Below are positions 39,454-54,513 of a stretch of DNA of 64,000 nt, in pieces; within the stretch, counting starts at the first letter, position 1; every line of letters begins with the position of its first letter. The DNA is from Clostridia bacterium (lineage in GTDB: Bacteria > Bacillota > Clostridia > JAAYHZ01). A program made the position numbers and the translations under genes. Below the pieces are notes generated by a model. That model made no database searches. It was given only the letters and a program-made list of their open reading frames with translations, and was not told where the DNA came from. Location of the stretch: positions 32,001-96,000 of the forward strand of contig JBMNIH010000002.1 in the NCBI GenBank assembly GCA_050950825.1, read 5' to 3'.

Positions 39454-39485
39454 CCCGCATCCCTCTTTGATGCGGGTTTTCTTTT
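39454..39485 (+). terminator. Terminator of the small ORF
   Basis: CCCGCATC...GATGCGGG-TTTTCTTTT. Confidence 0.8.
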
Positions 39486-39491
39486 AAGTAT

Positions 39492-39525
39492 AAAGAATCC
39501 CGTAACCTTTAAGGATACGGGATTC
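39492..39525 (-). terminator. rRNA operon terminator
   Basis: GAATCCCGTA...TACGGGATTC directly after 5S. Confidence 0.75.
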
Positions 39526-39531
39526 GTATAA

Positions 39532-39648
39532 TTCCGGCAGCGACCTATCTTCCCGGGGCGCCACGCCCCGGTATTTTCAGCACCGAGAAGCTTAACTGCC
39601 GTGTTCGGGATGGGAACGGGTGGGTCCTTCTCGTTATTGCCACCGAAA
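39532..39648 (-). rRNA. rrf: 5S rRNA
   Basis: Minus strand CCCGTTCCCATCCCGAACACGG.AGTTAAG; terminal helix TTCGGTGGC/GCTGCCGGA. Confidence 0.95.
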
Positions 39649-39725
39649 ATCTTTATTCTCTTCGCGCGCTTTTTATCGCACCCTCAAAACTGCATAATAC
39701 GTCTTTTTTTCTTCAGCGACGACCT

Positions 39726-42647
<2,922 letters not shown>

Positions 42648-42905
42648 TTTCCTTTGGTCCATCATTTCATATAGGTTGATTGTCCCAAGCTCGTCGCTTT
42701 TCCTGATTATTTTTTTAGCATTGTTTCAGCATTGTTTTTTTGTCGTTTTCGATAAAATTGCAGACTCAGTGAGTCACTCGTTACCGTTTTTTATTTCGGC
42801 TTCTCGTTTTAACTCTCTTTGTCTTCCTTTTTGTCGCGGTTCCATTCTTCATGGAACCTTTTGACGCATTATGCAGTTTTCAAGGTGCGATCGCTTGCGC
42901 GTTCT

Positions 42906-42982
<77 letters not shown>

Positions 42983-43064
42983 TCAAATCCTTGATCATGT
43001 ACAGTGTATTGAACCGTCAATCGACCTTATACGATTACGGCGAAATTTCTTCCGTCGTCAATCT

Positions 43065-44608
<1,544 letters not shown>

Positions 44609-44800
44609 AATTCAATCTTCAAACCCTCTTCGGGTCTCTTGTTTGTCCTGTCTTTTTTTAGACTTTTTGTCCCGTGCGATTTTCTCGCACTTTGGATTTA
44701 CTTTTAAATGTTAAACTCTCGCTTTTTCAAGCTTAAGTTTGACGGGTTCAATACACTGTTCATTTTTCAAGGTTCTGTGCCGTCTCGCGACGGCTTGCTT

Positions 44801-44829
44801 ATGGTAACATATCAGTTTTGGGCTGTCAA
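44801..44829 (-). promoter_or_regulatory. rRNA operon sigma-A promoter
   Basis: TTGACA-N17-TACCAT with extended TG and A-rich upstream element. Confidence 0.8.
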
Positions 44830-45046
44830 TACCTTTTTTACTTTTTTCTTTTACCCAAGTTTCCCAAGTTACCAAGTACCAAAATCCTCTCAAATTGAAT
44901 AACGAAAGGCATTTGAAGCACGGCAACTGAAAATTATATATTTTCTTAAAAAGCAAAAATAAAAAAGCTTTTCGCTTTTTATCCTATCGAGATACCGTGA
45001 ATATTATTATGCAGAATTTTTAAACATGGAACGAAAAGCCTTTATC

Positions 45047-47008
45047 TTAGGATCGTTTTTGTTTCAGTTCTTCCATTTTGATACTCGAATAGCGTCGATA
45101 AATCTCCGATCCCGATACTTTTTTGTAGTACATACCGGCGGTTCTTTTGTTTCCGAGTTTTTGCTCCGACAAGGCCAAACCTATGTAAAACAAGTCTTTT
45201 GCTTCAAGTCTGTCTTTGTATTTGTGTCGTACTGCTTTTTTAAATAATTCTTGTGCCGCGTCCAATGAACCTTGCACCGTATAAAGCATTCCCAAAAGAA
45301 AAGTTGCAACCATTCCGTATCGGTTGGTTATATCCGCAGACGCTCTTTCCAATATATGAAGAGCCTCCTCGTATTGCTTCGATAAAATTAAAGCCAAAGC
45401 GTATGTATTGGTCAGCATCCCGCCTAAACGTCTTTTGTTCGTATGTTTTCGGACGGTAGCAATCGCTTGATCGTATTTGCCTTGGGATATATATACCTTT
45501 GCCAATAGGTCGAGAATAGGTTCCTTGGGTTTGATCTTTACAAAAGACAAATCGGATTCCATCGCCTCGTTTAGGAAAAATTCGGCGTCGTTCAGACAGT
45601 TTTCCGCTTCGTCTTTCATACCGAACATCGAATAAACAACATACAGCTTTAAATTGCTGTGCCCTAAATTCGTCAATTTATCAATACCGTTGACAATCCA
45701 ATTCGGAGATACGCAATCGGACAGCTTTGCATTCGGTAAGCATCCCGTTTCGCATTCGGCATTCCAGCAGGCCACATAATACTTTAACGCATTTTCCGTG
45801 TTTTCCAAAACATCTCGTCTTAGATTGAAGTCGGGAATATGATAGATTCCCAAATAAAAATCCGTTGCATTCCAGTCGATGGCAGACAGCTCGTCATACG
45901 CCATACCTAAGCACGCCAAGGATTGAATATATTCTTTTTTATAGGCTTCCTTTAATTCCTTTTGCTTCGGATCGTAATCCTTATACCCTTGCCAACGGTT
46001 TATAAGCTTCTCAAGAACTTCGATTCCTTCAATGATCTTAAGATCCTTATCTTGCTCCGAATCTTTTTTACGGCTTGATTGTTGCATAACCTCCCGGTAT
46101 TTTACCGTTAACAAATACCCCATCCGAAACATATCCGTGATACGATTCGGGTCCAATTCCACGGCTTTTTGAAAGCATTGTACCGCTTCTTCCAGCTCAA
46201 ACAGCGGATCGCCGTCATTTCTTCCTTTTCTTGCCGTTAGCTCCTCAACGTTTCGATAGTGAAGATTCCCTAAATCGGAATGATAGACAGGATTTTTCGG
46301 ATCCAATTCCATGCATCTTTTAAGCAAGAATTCTACATCCGCCCGTTTTAATCTTTTATCATTTAAATATTCATTTCTTCTAAATAAATCGTATTTTACA
46401 TCCGTCGGTATACTATTGATTTCGGCCAGTTTCCCGGCCGCATATGCAATATAGCGCAGCGCGCCGGGATCGTTCCATACTTTCGGCTGGTTTTCACTGA
46501 TTTTTTCGACAGGCTTGAAAGGATCGTACATTTTGTACCAAAGCTCTTGCTCTTTTAAATATAAAAGCCGATCCTTCAGCGTCAATGCATTTCTTTTTCG
46601 GTAATCCATGCCGGGATTCAGCAAATATTCAAATTGCAAATCGTCCAAGACACACCAAAACGGAAGTTGTCCGTATCGATCGATTTTTCCGTCACCGATT
46701 AAACGCCGTTGTGCCGAAGACAGAACTTCATCCGAAGAAATATTTAAAATGTCCGATATGGAATAAAAGACCTTAAGCTTTCTTTCTCCTCTTTGATAAG
46801 AGTTTAATTTCAAAAGATATGCAGGCTTGTATCGTTCATCTTTATGAGCAAAAACACCGATGGCTTGATCGGGAAGTATAAAATCCTTTGACGCAAGCTC
46901 AGGAAATACCTGCACCGTTTCGTCATAATATCTCCCGCTTAATGTGGTAACGCCGTAATTTATTTGGTCCGCTCGTAAAAATTTGATCAATAAGTTCATA
47001 AGACCCAT
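45047..47008 (-). CDS. TPR-repeat protein
   Basis: ELDPKNPVYHSDLG, AVQCFQKAVELDPN, LLAKVYISQGKYDQAI, LGMLYTVQG. Confidence 0.75.
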   Translation of the reverse strand: MGLMNLLIKFLRADQINYGVTTLSGRYYDETVQVFPELASKDFILPDQAIGVFAHKDERYKPAYLLKLNSYQRGERKLKVFYSISDILNISSDEVLSSAQRRLIGDGKIDRYGQLPFWCVLDDLQFEYLLNPGMDYRKRNALTLKDRLLYLKEQELWYKMYDPFKPVEKISENQPKVWNDPGALRYIAYAAGKLAEINSIPTDVKYDLFRRNEYLNDKRLKRADVEFLLKRCMELDPKNPVYHSDLGNLHYRNVEELTARKGRNDGDPLFELEEAVQCFQKAVELDPNRITDMFRMGYLLTVKYREVMQQSSRKKDSEQDKDLKIIEGIEVLEKLINRWQGYKDYDPKQKELKEAYKKEYIQSLACLGMAYDELSAIDWNATDFYLGIYHIPDFNLRRDVLENTENALKYYVACWNAECETGCLPNAKLSDCVSPNWIVNGIDKLTNLGHSNLKLYVVYSMFGMKDEAENCLNDAEFFLNEAMESDLSFVKIKPKEPILDLLAKVYISQGKYDQAIATVRKHTNKRRLGGMLTNTYALALILSKQYEEALHILERASADITNRYGMVATFLLGMLYTVQGSLDAAQELFKKAVRHKYKDRLEAKDLFYIGLALSEQKLGNKRTAGMYYKKVSGSEIYRRYSSIKMEELKQKRS

Positions 47009-47149
47009 GACCCGCCTTTCTATCTATATATATGACGGTCACGGGAAATATATTTCATAATAGAAAGATTCTCATACCGAAGAGGAATGATGTAAAATAA
47101 AAACGGTGTCGACTTGGTTTTGAACGTCCTCGTCTTTACCGCAAATACT

Positions 47150-47442
47150 TCACATATTTTCCGGCGATTCTTTTTTACGGTTTATCTTTTTTCTTTTGTT
47201 TACGACCTCGCTAGGTACGGTGATTTCTTTGCCACACGAATTGCAGAAAAATTTATATCGTTTCTCCAAAAGCTTCTAATATCTATTTTCTTTGATTTAA
47301 CCCATGTCCCTCCGCACTTGCATTTTTCATTGTTGTATTTCGCTTTTTCCAAAGCTTTTATAACATAATTCCCCGCTATAGTTGCCAAAGCACTCGTTAT
47401 AGCACCTATTGAAAGTTCAATCAACAGATTCAAATCTAGCAT
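47150..47442 (-). pseudogene. Membrane-anchored zinc-ribbon protein split by a -1 frameshift (pseudogene, recoded gene or sequence error)
   Basis: Frame 0 gives TM plus CKCGG; -1 frame gives FCNSCGKEI and stops at 47150. Confidence 0.55.
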
Positions 47443-47473
47443 TTATTTCCTCTATTTGCAGGTCTTATTACTT

Positions 47474-48421
47474 CTACTTTTCCATGTGCTCGGCATGATA
47501 AGAAAGACATCGGTCAAAGTAATCATCCAATAGCTCTATATCAAATTCTTGAATGATGTCATCGATGGAAAATTCCTCGGTTTCCGAAGTCAATAGAACG
47601 GACCCCAGATACCCCGGATCGTACATTTTCACTTTACTTCCGTACTTCGTCAAGGCATTTCGAATTTTTCCCCAATTGTAATCCAAATGGACCACCTTGT
47701 AATCTAAATTGATGCTATGGGTAATGTAGCCGAAGTAATTGGTGGATCTTGCAACCACATCTCCCACGGGATTAATGATTGTGTTTTCCAGATTCATGAT
47801 GGAGCCGATAAAATAGGAGCGCAATTGGTACGCTCTGTAGTTTTGCATAAGTCCTCCGTGATATGCGGAGGAGAACAGAACGATATCCGGTTTTTGAGGC
47901 TTGTACTTTTCCCACAAAGGATCGAAATTCAAATCAAAGCAAATGGCGCAGGCAACCTTTCCGAAGTCGCACGGAATAACGCGAGCATCCTTCCCCGGCA
48001 GTATTTTGCCGTCTTCCGTTTCCCCTATGGTAGGATGATTCTTATTATACAAGCCTGCGATTTCGCCTTTTCGATCAATCAGCTGCGTTGTGTTTCGGTA
48101 GGTTCCGTCTTCCAGCTTTCGCACAGCGGAATAAGCTATGTAACAGGAGTTTTCGTACGCCTTTTCCTTGAAGAAGCGAAGAAGCCGATCTCCTCGGACC
48201 TCATAGTATTCCAGTCTTCTCGAAAGCGGATAATTGTGATAACGATCGCATGCCTCCGGCAACACGATCAAATCCGGTTTTTCCGGCAATACACGACTTA
48301 ACAACCGATTCCAACTGTCAATCATTCGATCCGTTTCAAGCTTTAAATCTCTGCTCGGATCTCCGGAGTAATTGACACCGTCTTTTACCGATACGGAACT
48401 GACTTTAACATACCTTGCCAT
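47474..48421 (-). CDS. Carbon-nitrogen hydrolase (nitrilase superfamily)
   Basis: PDLIVLPE, YNKNH, AICFDLNF (E-K-C triad). Confidence 0.88.
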   Translation of the reverse strand: MARYVKVSSVSVKDGVNYSGDPSRDLKLETDRMIDSWNRLLSRVLPEKPDLIVLPEACDRYHNYPLSRRLEYYEVRGDRLLRFFKEKAYENSCYIAYSAVRKLEDGTYRNTTQLIDRKGEIAGLYNKNHPTIGETEDGKILPGKDARVIPCDFGKVACAICFDLNFDPLWEKYKPQKPDIVLFSSAYHGGLMQNYRAYQLRSYFIGSIMNLENTIINPVGDVVARSTNYFGYITHSINLDYKVVHLDYNWGKIRNALTKYGSKVKMYDPGYLGSVLLTSETEEFSIDDIIQEFDIELLDDYFDRCLSYHAEHMEK

Positions 48422-48446
48422 ACGTTATTCTCCTTTCATTCTCCGT

Positions 48447-49238
48447 TTAAAAGCGTCGGCTGCTCCCGCCGCCTCCCGACGAGCCGCCTCCTCCACGAAA
48501 GCTTCCGCCTCCGAACCCGCCTCGGCCTCCGCTTCCGAATCCTCCTGTGCTCCTTCCCGAGCCTCCTCTTCCGCCAAAGATGTTACTGTAGAAAATCACT
48601 TGAAATATAAAGCGTGTTGTTCTGCCTTTTAAAAACACAAGGTCGAAAATAATAAAGATGATGACCAAGATCGGCAAAGATATTTCTATGCCGCCGTCGT
48701 CCGAGTAGGGGCTTTCCGGAACACCGGTCAGTTCCACTCCGTATTCTGCTGCAATTTCCGCCGCCAATACCTTCGCCGTTTCCAATACGCCTCGGTCGTA
48801 GTCTCCCTCCAGTAAATAGGGAATTAAGTAATCGTCTTGTATACGGCCGGTTTTCCCGTCGGTCAACCTTCCCTCCAATCCGTATCCTACCTCAATCCGT
48901 GTTGATCGTTCGTTAGGCGCAATCAACAAAAGAACGCCGTTGTTTTTGTCCTTTTGGCCGATTCCCCATTCTCGAAAAAGTGCATTGGCAAAATCATTAA
49001 TGGGTACTCCTTGAAGCGAATCGATCATAACGACGACCAGCTGGGCTCCCGTTTTTTGTTCCAATTCCATGGAAATCCCTTCAACGGTTGCTTCCGTTTG
49101 GCTGCTTAAAATACCGGCAAAATCATTGACAAAATAGCCGGTTGACTTCGGTAACGTAAGAGCACCGAAAACTCCGGTGCATGCAATGCCCGCTAACAGA
49201 AGCGCCAAAACGAGTACGGTCGTAATTTTCTTCAACAT
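48447..49238 (-). CDS. TPM-domain (YgcG-like) protein
   Basis: VNDFAGIL, WGIGQKDKNNGVLLL, RIEVGYGLEG, Gly-rich tail. Confidence 0.9.
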   Translation of the reverse strand: MLKKITTVLVLALLLAGIACTGVFGALTLPKSTGYFVNDFAGILSSQTEATVEGISMELEQKTGAQLVVVMIDSLQGVPINDFANALFREWGIGQKDKNNGVLLLIAPNERSTRIEVGYGLEGRLTDGKTGRIQDDYLIPYLLEGDYDRGVLETAKVLAAEIAAEYGVELTGVPESPYSDDGGIEISLPILVIIFIIFDLVFLKGRTTRFIFQVIFYSNIFGGRGGSGRSTGGFGSGGRGGFGGGSFRGGGGSSGGGGSSRRF

Positions 49239-49280
49239 TTTTTAAATATCCTTACTCCAAATTCTTGTTATCCTACGCTA

Positions 49281-49844
49281 TTAAAACGAAACCTCCGGCA
49301 CCGTTTGGCTATTTTCGCTTGCTTGGAAGTATTGGCGCTTCTCAAAGTTAAATAAACCGGCAAATACATTCATCGGGAATTTTTGAATATGAGTATTGTA
49401 TTTTTGCACCGTGTCGTTATAGTCTTTCCTGGAGATGGCGATTCTGTTCTCCGTATTCTCCAGATTGTCCATCAGCTGTATGAAATTCTTATCGGCCTTT
49501 AATTGCGGGTAATTCTCCACAACCACCAACAATCTGCTTATGGCACCGGACAATTCGTCATTCGCTTCCGCCAGTTCATTCATATTGCCGGCGCCCACCA
49601 GCTTGGAACGAGCTTCGGCAATATCCGTATAGATCTTTTCCTCATGTTGGGCATACCCTTTTACCGTGGACACCAAATTGGGAATCAAATCCGCTCTTCT
49701 TTGCAGGTTGTTTTCAACTTGGCTCCATTTATTATCGACGTCTTCGTTCAGTTCCACCATAGTATTGTAAGCTCCGATAACCTGAGCAACGATTATCACG
49801 ATTAGAACAACAATAACAATTAAAGCAACGAGTCCTTTTTTCAT
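49281..49844 (-). CDS. lemA: LemA family protein
   Basis: LQRRADLIPNLV, VENYPQLKA, TENRIA. Confidence 0.93.
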   Translation of the reverse strand: MKKGLVALIVIVVLIVIIVAQVIGAYNTMVELNEDVDNKWSQVENNLQRRADLIPNLVSTVKGYAQHEEKIYTDIAEARSKLVGAGNMNELAEANDELSGAISRLLVVVENYPQLKADKNFIQLMDNLENTENRIAISRKDYNDTVQKYNTHIQKFPMNVFAGLFNFEKRQYFQASENSQTVPEVSF

Positions 49845-50055
49845 CGTTTATCATTCTCCTTTTCTAATATATATAAACCGGATCAATGAGATTATAACAT
49901 ATTTTTACCTGTTATTTCTTTTCCCCTCATCTTTTATCTTCATCCCCATTTTGCAATTCTTTATATTCGTTCTTCTTCATAAGGAGTCAAATTGTTTAAA
50001 ATAGCTGTTCATTATTCGGTTTATTGTGTTATAATAAGCCCCGAGGTGATTTTTC

Positions 50056-51321
50056 ATGAAATTTGGAGTCGCGAAAGACATAATATCTCCGGATATTCGA
50101 ATGGGCATGTCCGGTTACGGTTCTCGCTATAACAAAGATTTTAAGGACATCCATGACGATTTGTACGTTCGATGCCTTTATACCGAAAACGGCGATGATA
50201 GATTACTGATGGTTGTTTATGATTTGGCTTTCCATGATTTTTGTCTTACAACGGCCGTCAGAGAATATATCAGTGAAAAATACGGTTTGACAGCGGACCA
50301 ATTGGTTTTATCTTATACCCATACCCATGCCGCAACGGCCATAAAAGGATTTTCACCCGGGGAACACAAGGACGAATACGAAGATATGCTCCTTGCCCGA
50401 ACAAAAAGCTGTATCGACCGCTGCATGCTGAACATGTATGAAGGATCCGTATCCTTCTGCCAAATAGAAGGCGATTGGAACATTAATCGCAGAAAGCTTG
50501 TAAACGGTAAATTGGTAGGCGGCCCTTATCCCGAGGGTCTTACGGATAAAACCATGAATCTTTTAAAGTTCGCCGATAACGACGGCATTATTCGCGCCCT
50601 TTTATTTAACTACGCTTGCCATCCCGTTACGCTAGGCGATACCTACAGCATTTCCGCCGAATACCCGGGAAGAGTTTGCGAAATTCTTCAAGGAAAATAC
50701 TACGGCTTAACTCCGTTATTCTTCCAAGGTGCCGGTGCTCATGAACGTCCGAAAATCACATTTAACGGACATCGGTTTTTCAACTGCAGCTTCGATCATG
50801 TAAACGAAATGGCCCAGCAAATCGCTGCACGTATCGAATCCGCCCTTGTAACCGGTCAATTCAAGCCCATTGATTTCTCTCCGAAGGCAAAAGCGTTTGA
50901 AATCAATGTACCCATTAAGCCGCATTCGAAGGAAGATTTGCAGCAAAGATTGCAAAAATCCGTCGGTTTTATGGCGAATGCAATCCAAGCGGTTTTGGCG
51001 GAATACGATTCCACTCCGGATTACCTGCCCTTAAGAGGCGGAGTCATTAAACTCAATGACGATGTCTATATGGCATGGCTTACAGGCGAAGTCATTGTAG
51101 AAGTAAAGAACATAATCCATAAAGCCATCGGAGAAGACAAGAAACTGATATTTATCGGATACGCGGACTCCATCGGTTATATCCCCGATTCCACCGTCAT
51201 CGAACAAGGCGGATATGAAGGCGGAGATTCCATGCTAGGGTTTGCAAGAAAAGGTGTTTTCACACCTGAAATAGATCAAATTTTATACGACGCTTTTAAA
51301 GAAACGAAATCTAAGATTTAA
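50056..51321 (+). CDS. Neutral/alkaline ceramidase-like hydrolase
   Basis: HDDLYVR, THTHA, NYACHP, ISAEYPG, FFQGAG, GYIP...GGYE. Confidence 0.75.
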   Translation: MKFGVAKDIISPDIRMGMSGYGSRYNKDFKDIHDDLYVRCLYTENGDDRLLMVVYDLAFHDFCLTTAVREYISEKYGLTADQLVLSYTHTHAATAIKGFSPGEHKDEYEDMLLARTKSCIDRCMLNMYEGSVSFCQIEGDWNINRRKLVNGKLVGGPYPEGLTDKTMNLLKFADNDGIIRALLFNYACHPVTLGDTYSISAEYPGRVCEILQGKYYGLTPLFFQGAGAHERPKITFNGHRFFNCSFDHVNEMAQQIAARIESALVTGQFKPIDFSPKAKAFEINVPIKPHSKEDLQQRLQKSVGFMANAIQAVLAEYDSTPDYLPLRGGVIKLNDDVYMAWLTGEVIVEVKNIIHKAIGEDKKLIFIGYADSIGYIPDSTVIEQGGYEGGDSMLGFARKGVFTPEIDQILYDAFKETKSKI

Positions 51322-51332
51322 CGGCAAACGAG

Positions 51333-51376
51333 CGAAAAGAAGGACACTTTCAAACCGGAGTGTCCCTTTTCGTTTT
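51333..51376. terminator. Bidirectional terminator
   Basis: CGAAAAG..GGACACT...AGTGTCC..CTTTTCG between convergent genes. Confidence 0.75.
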
Positions 51377-51384
51377 ATTTATAT

Positions 51385-53097
51385 TTACAAAAATTCGCAC
51401 AAGTATCGGCCTGTAACCGGATGCTTTTCGCTGTAGTCGATTCGAACAAGCCTGACTTCGTCTTCATCTGCAATCCTTTTAAAAAGAGACAAGGATTTTA
51501 GTTTGCGCCTTTTCGTGTTGAATATTTCCAAAGCCTTTCGGTTCGGTTCGTATGTTTTTACAAAAGGATTGTCTTGGCGTTTTTCCTTGAGGGAATAATC
51601 CAATTCCTTTTTCAATGCCGCAGGCAGCTTGTGATAAGAAAAACAGCTAATCAGATCAATCTGTAGCAATACCGATAAAATCTCTTTGTGTTCTTCCTCT
51701 ACCTTTTGGCATTCTTTCATAAAGGATGCGAATATTTCGTAGCATTCGTATGCCGAAAGAGGGCGAGATAAATAACCGTTTTCTTTTAAATAGGCTCCTA
51801 ATGATGAAAAGAATTGAAAAGGCGAAAAAATTTCGTTCCGAAAAATATACTCCAGAACAATCGTAAAATGACCGGAGTTATGGAAACGCTCCACGGCGTT
51901 TTCCGTATCTTTTAAAACCAAAAGATCCTCGTAACCGAGCCAAGGTGTTTTTAAAATCTCGTAGGGAGCTTTTTCCGTGTATTTGCTATCGTTTCGGTCA
52001 TACTCATCCTTTATTTTCGTTCCCTTTAGCAGCTTCAAAAAGCCTAATTGCAAATGATGCCCCCCTATTCGATAGACATCGTCAAAAGACCGTTCAAAGC
52101 TATTTATATCCTCATAAGGCAAACCGGCAATAAGATCCGTATGCACATGAACGTTTCCGTTTTCTATCACCTTTTGCAATTGCCCAAAGGATCGCTCAAA
52201 GGAAATCCTTCGGCAAATGGCCTCCAATGTTTTCGGATTCGTCGTTTGAATACCGGCTTCGATTTGAACCCTTCCGGCAGGCAGCCGTTTTAATGTCTCG
52301 ATGAAATCATCGTCCAACAAATCGGCGGCGATTTCAAAGTGAAAAGAGGTTTCGGTATTCAAAGAAGCAATTCGATTCAAGATTTCCAAGGCTCTTTTCC
52401 GATCCGCATTGAAGGTACGGTCCGTCAGTTTTACCAACGGGACGCCCAATCGATGAAAGATTTCCAACTCCTTTATTACCTTATTCAAAGACTTTTTTCG
52501 GTACGTTTTGTCGATAGACGAAATGCAGTAGCTGCAGGAATAGGGGCAGCCTCGAGACGTTTCATAGTAAAAAATTTTATTCTTGTTGTTTTCGATATAC
52601 ACCTCGTCGTAAGGAAAATCCAATTCGTCCAAATCCTCGATTAAACCTACCGTTCGGTTGGGGAATATTTTCTCTCCTTGGCGGTACGCCACGTTCGAAG
52701 GTATTTTCGTATCGGCTCCGTGAAAAAGCTCCATTAAGGCTTCAAAAGCTTCTTCCCCTTCGCCTGCAATACAATAGTCTACCGCAGGATTTCTTCTTAA
52801 AAAATCCTCGCAATCGTAGGACACTTCCGGACCCCCGCACAGAATAATAACATCAGGTAAGACTTTTTTTATGTCCTTTAGCAATGCTTCGATAATTTCA
52901 ATATTCCAAATGTAACAGGAAAAACATAAAACATCCGGCCGATACCGAAAGATGTCCGATAAAAAATCACCGTATCGGCCGTTAATGGTGTGTTCGATAA
53001 TTTTCGGCTCGAAACGCCGAATGCTTTTTCCCAAGGAATGTAAGGCCAAGGCGGTATGGGTATAGCTCGAATTCAATCCAAACAGTAATATTCTCAT
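51385..53097 (-). CDS. B12-binding-domain radical SAM protein (DUF4080 type)
   Basis: FSCYIWN, GGPEVS, GEGE, ETSRGCPYSCSYC, DRTFN, DLIAGLP. Confidence 0.9.
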   Translation of the reverse strand: MRILLFGLNSSYTHTALALHSLGKSIRRFEPKIIEHTINGRYGDFLSDIFRYRPDVLCFSCYIWNIEIIEALLKDIKKVLPDVIILCGGPEVSYDCEDFLRRNPAVDYCIAGEGEEAFEALMELFHGADTKIPSNVAYRQGEKIFPNRTVGLIEDLDELDFPYDEVYIENNKNKIFYYETSRGCPYSCSYCISSIDKTYRKKSLNKVIKELEIFHRLGVPLVKLTDRTFNADRKRALEILNRIASLNTETSFHFEIAADLLDDDFIETLKRLPAGRVQIEAGIQTTNPKTLEAICRRISFERSFGQLQKVIENGNVHVHTDLIAGLPYEDINSFERSFDDVYRIGGHHLQLGFLKLLKGTKIKDEYDRNDSKYTEKAPYEILKTPWLGYEDLLVLKDTENAVERFHNSGHFTIVLEYIFRNEIFSPFQFFSSLGAYLKENGYLSRPLSAYECYEIFASFMKECQKVEEEHKEILSVLLQIDLISCFSYHKLPAALKKELDYSLKEKRQDNPFVKTYEPNRKALEIFNTKRRKLKSLSLFKRIADEDEVRLVRIDYSEKHPVTGRYLCEFL

Positions 53098-53159
53098 AAT
53101 CTCTTCGACTCCTTACCGCCATTATACTATATTCCCTTCGTATTTTGCAGGATGACGGA

Positions 53160-54323
53160 TTATCTCATCAAATCCATCAAATTCTTTCCGATTTCCTTCA
53201 AATAGTAGATCGTATTTCGAACTCCTACATCCTCTGCCGCTACCAAAGGGATATCCAGCAACACTTCATTTCCCCGAGTTATTTTCAGCTTTCCTACTTC
53301 CGTCCCCTGTATTACGGGAGCCGTCAATGATTCCGGAAAGATGCAGGTATATTTCAAACCGGCTACGTCTTTTTTCGCCAAAAGCATTCTTATGTCTTCA
53401 CGGACTACGAGATCCACTTCCCGTTGTATCCCCTTTTTAACGGTAACATCGGCAAATCGTTCTCCCTTGCTCACGATAGGAAAATAATCGAAGTTGTCAA
53501 AAACATAATCCAGTATTCGAATGGTCGAAATCGTCCGAGCCTTCTTCGTAGGGCTGTTCAACACCACCGTAATGACATTCAGATCTCCCCTTTTTGCGGA
53601 TGTAACCAAGCATCTTCCCGCTTTATTGGTAAACCCGGTTTTTAATCCGTATACTCCTTCGTAATAGCCTAAAAGCTCGTTGGTGTTCGTTAAATTTCTT
53701 CCCGCTATATGAGCAAATTTGGTACCAACAATCTCCTTTATGATATCGTGGCTTAAAGCGTACGCACCGATTTTCGCCAATTCGTAAGCATTGGAATAAT
53801 GTCCTTCTGCGTCCAAGCCGTGAGAATTGACAAAATGCGTATCCTTTAATCCCAATTCTTCGGCTTTTTCATTCATCAATCGAGCAAAGGATTCCATATC
53901 TCCTCCGATATGCTCGGCTAAGGCAACGGCGGCATCGTTCCCCGAACACAGCAATAGACCGTAAAGCAGTTCTTTTACGGTCAACTGTTGCCCGGTATAA
54001 AGACCCATAACCGACCCGTCCATACCGGCCGCTTTTCTTGATATTGTCACGATATCGTCAAGATTACTGTTTTCAACGGTCACAATCGCGGTCATCATTT
54101 TCGTGGTACTTGCGGGGGCATTTCTTAATAAAGCGTTTTTTTCATATAGAATTTTGCCCGAATCCAAGTCCACGGCAACGGCACACAAGGCTTGTACATT
54201 CGGTTCTTTTACGTTTTCCGAAACATACTGCAGGGTGCTTTCTGTAAAAACGTCTTTACCGTATACCGTATTCGTCGTCATTACCAATAGAATTATGAAA
54301 ACGGATAGAAGTATTTTTTTCAT
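53160..54323 (-). CDS. D-alanyl-D-alanine carboxypeptidase (S11), DacB/DacF-like
   Basis: ASTTK (SxxK), SGN, KTG; upstream ATA-N18-CATATTCT resembles a sigma-E promoter. Confidence 0.9.
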   Translation of the reverse strand: MKKILLSVFIILLVMTTNTVYGKDVFTESTLQYVSENVKEPNVQALCAVAVDLDSGKILYEKNALLRNAPASTTKMMTAIVTVENSNLDDIVTISRKAAGMDGSVMGLYTGQQLTVKELLYGLLLCSGNDAAVALAEHIGGDMESFARLMNEKAEELGLKDTHFVNSHGLDAEGHYSNAYELAKIGAYALSHDIIKEIVGTKFAHIAGRNLTNTNELLGYYEGVYGLKTGFTNKAGRCLVTSAKRGDLNVITVVLNSPTKKARTISTIRILDYVFDNFDYFPIVSKGERFADVTVKKGIQREVDLVVREDIRMLLAKKDVAGLKYTCIFPESLTAPVIQGTEVGKLKITRGNEVLLDIPLVAAEDVGVRNTIYYLKEIGKNLMDLMR

Positions 54324-54513
54324 CGATTCACTCCATAATAGAATATGAATTTTTTAATTCATTTTTATCTTGCTATATTGTTACCAAAAAGAATTTTTTC
54401 TATCGATATTTCATTTCCGAATAAATTATGATAACAAATCGTCTCTCCGGCAAAAGTTACATCTAATAATTTGAATGTTCGTGACCATAATAAGTAGCAA
54501 GGAGGTGAGATTT

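Noticed and set aside
39176-39460. 94-aa minus-strand ORF from the track
   Set aside because: No clear RBS; antisense to the better-supported 57-aa plus-strand gene
48450-48580. CCGCCTCC-type repeats
   Set aside because: Encode the Gly-rich tail typical of TPM-domain proteins
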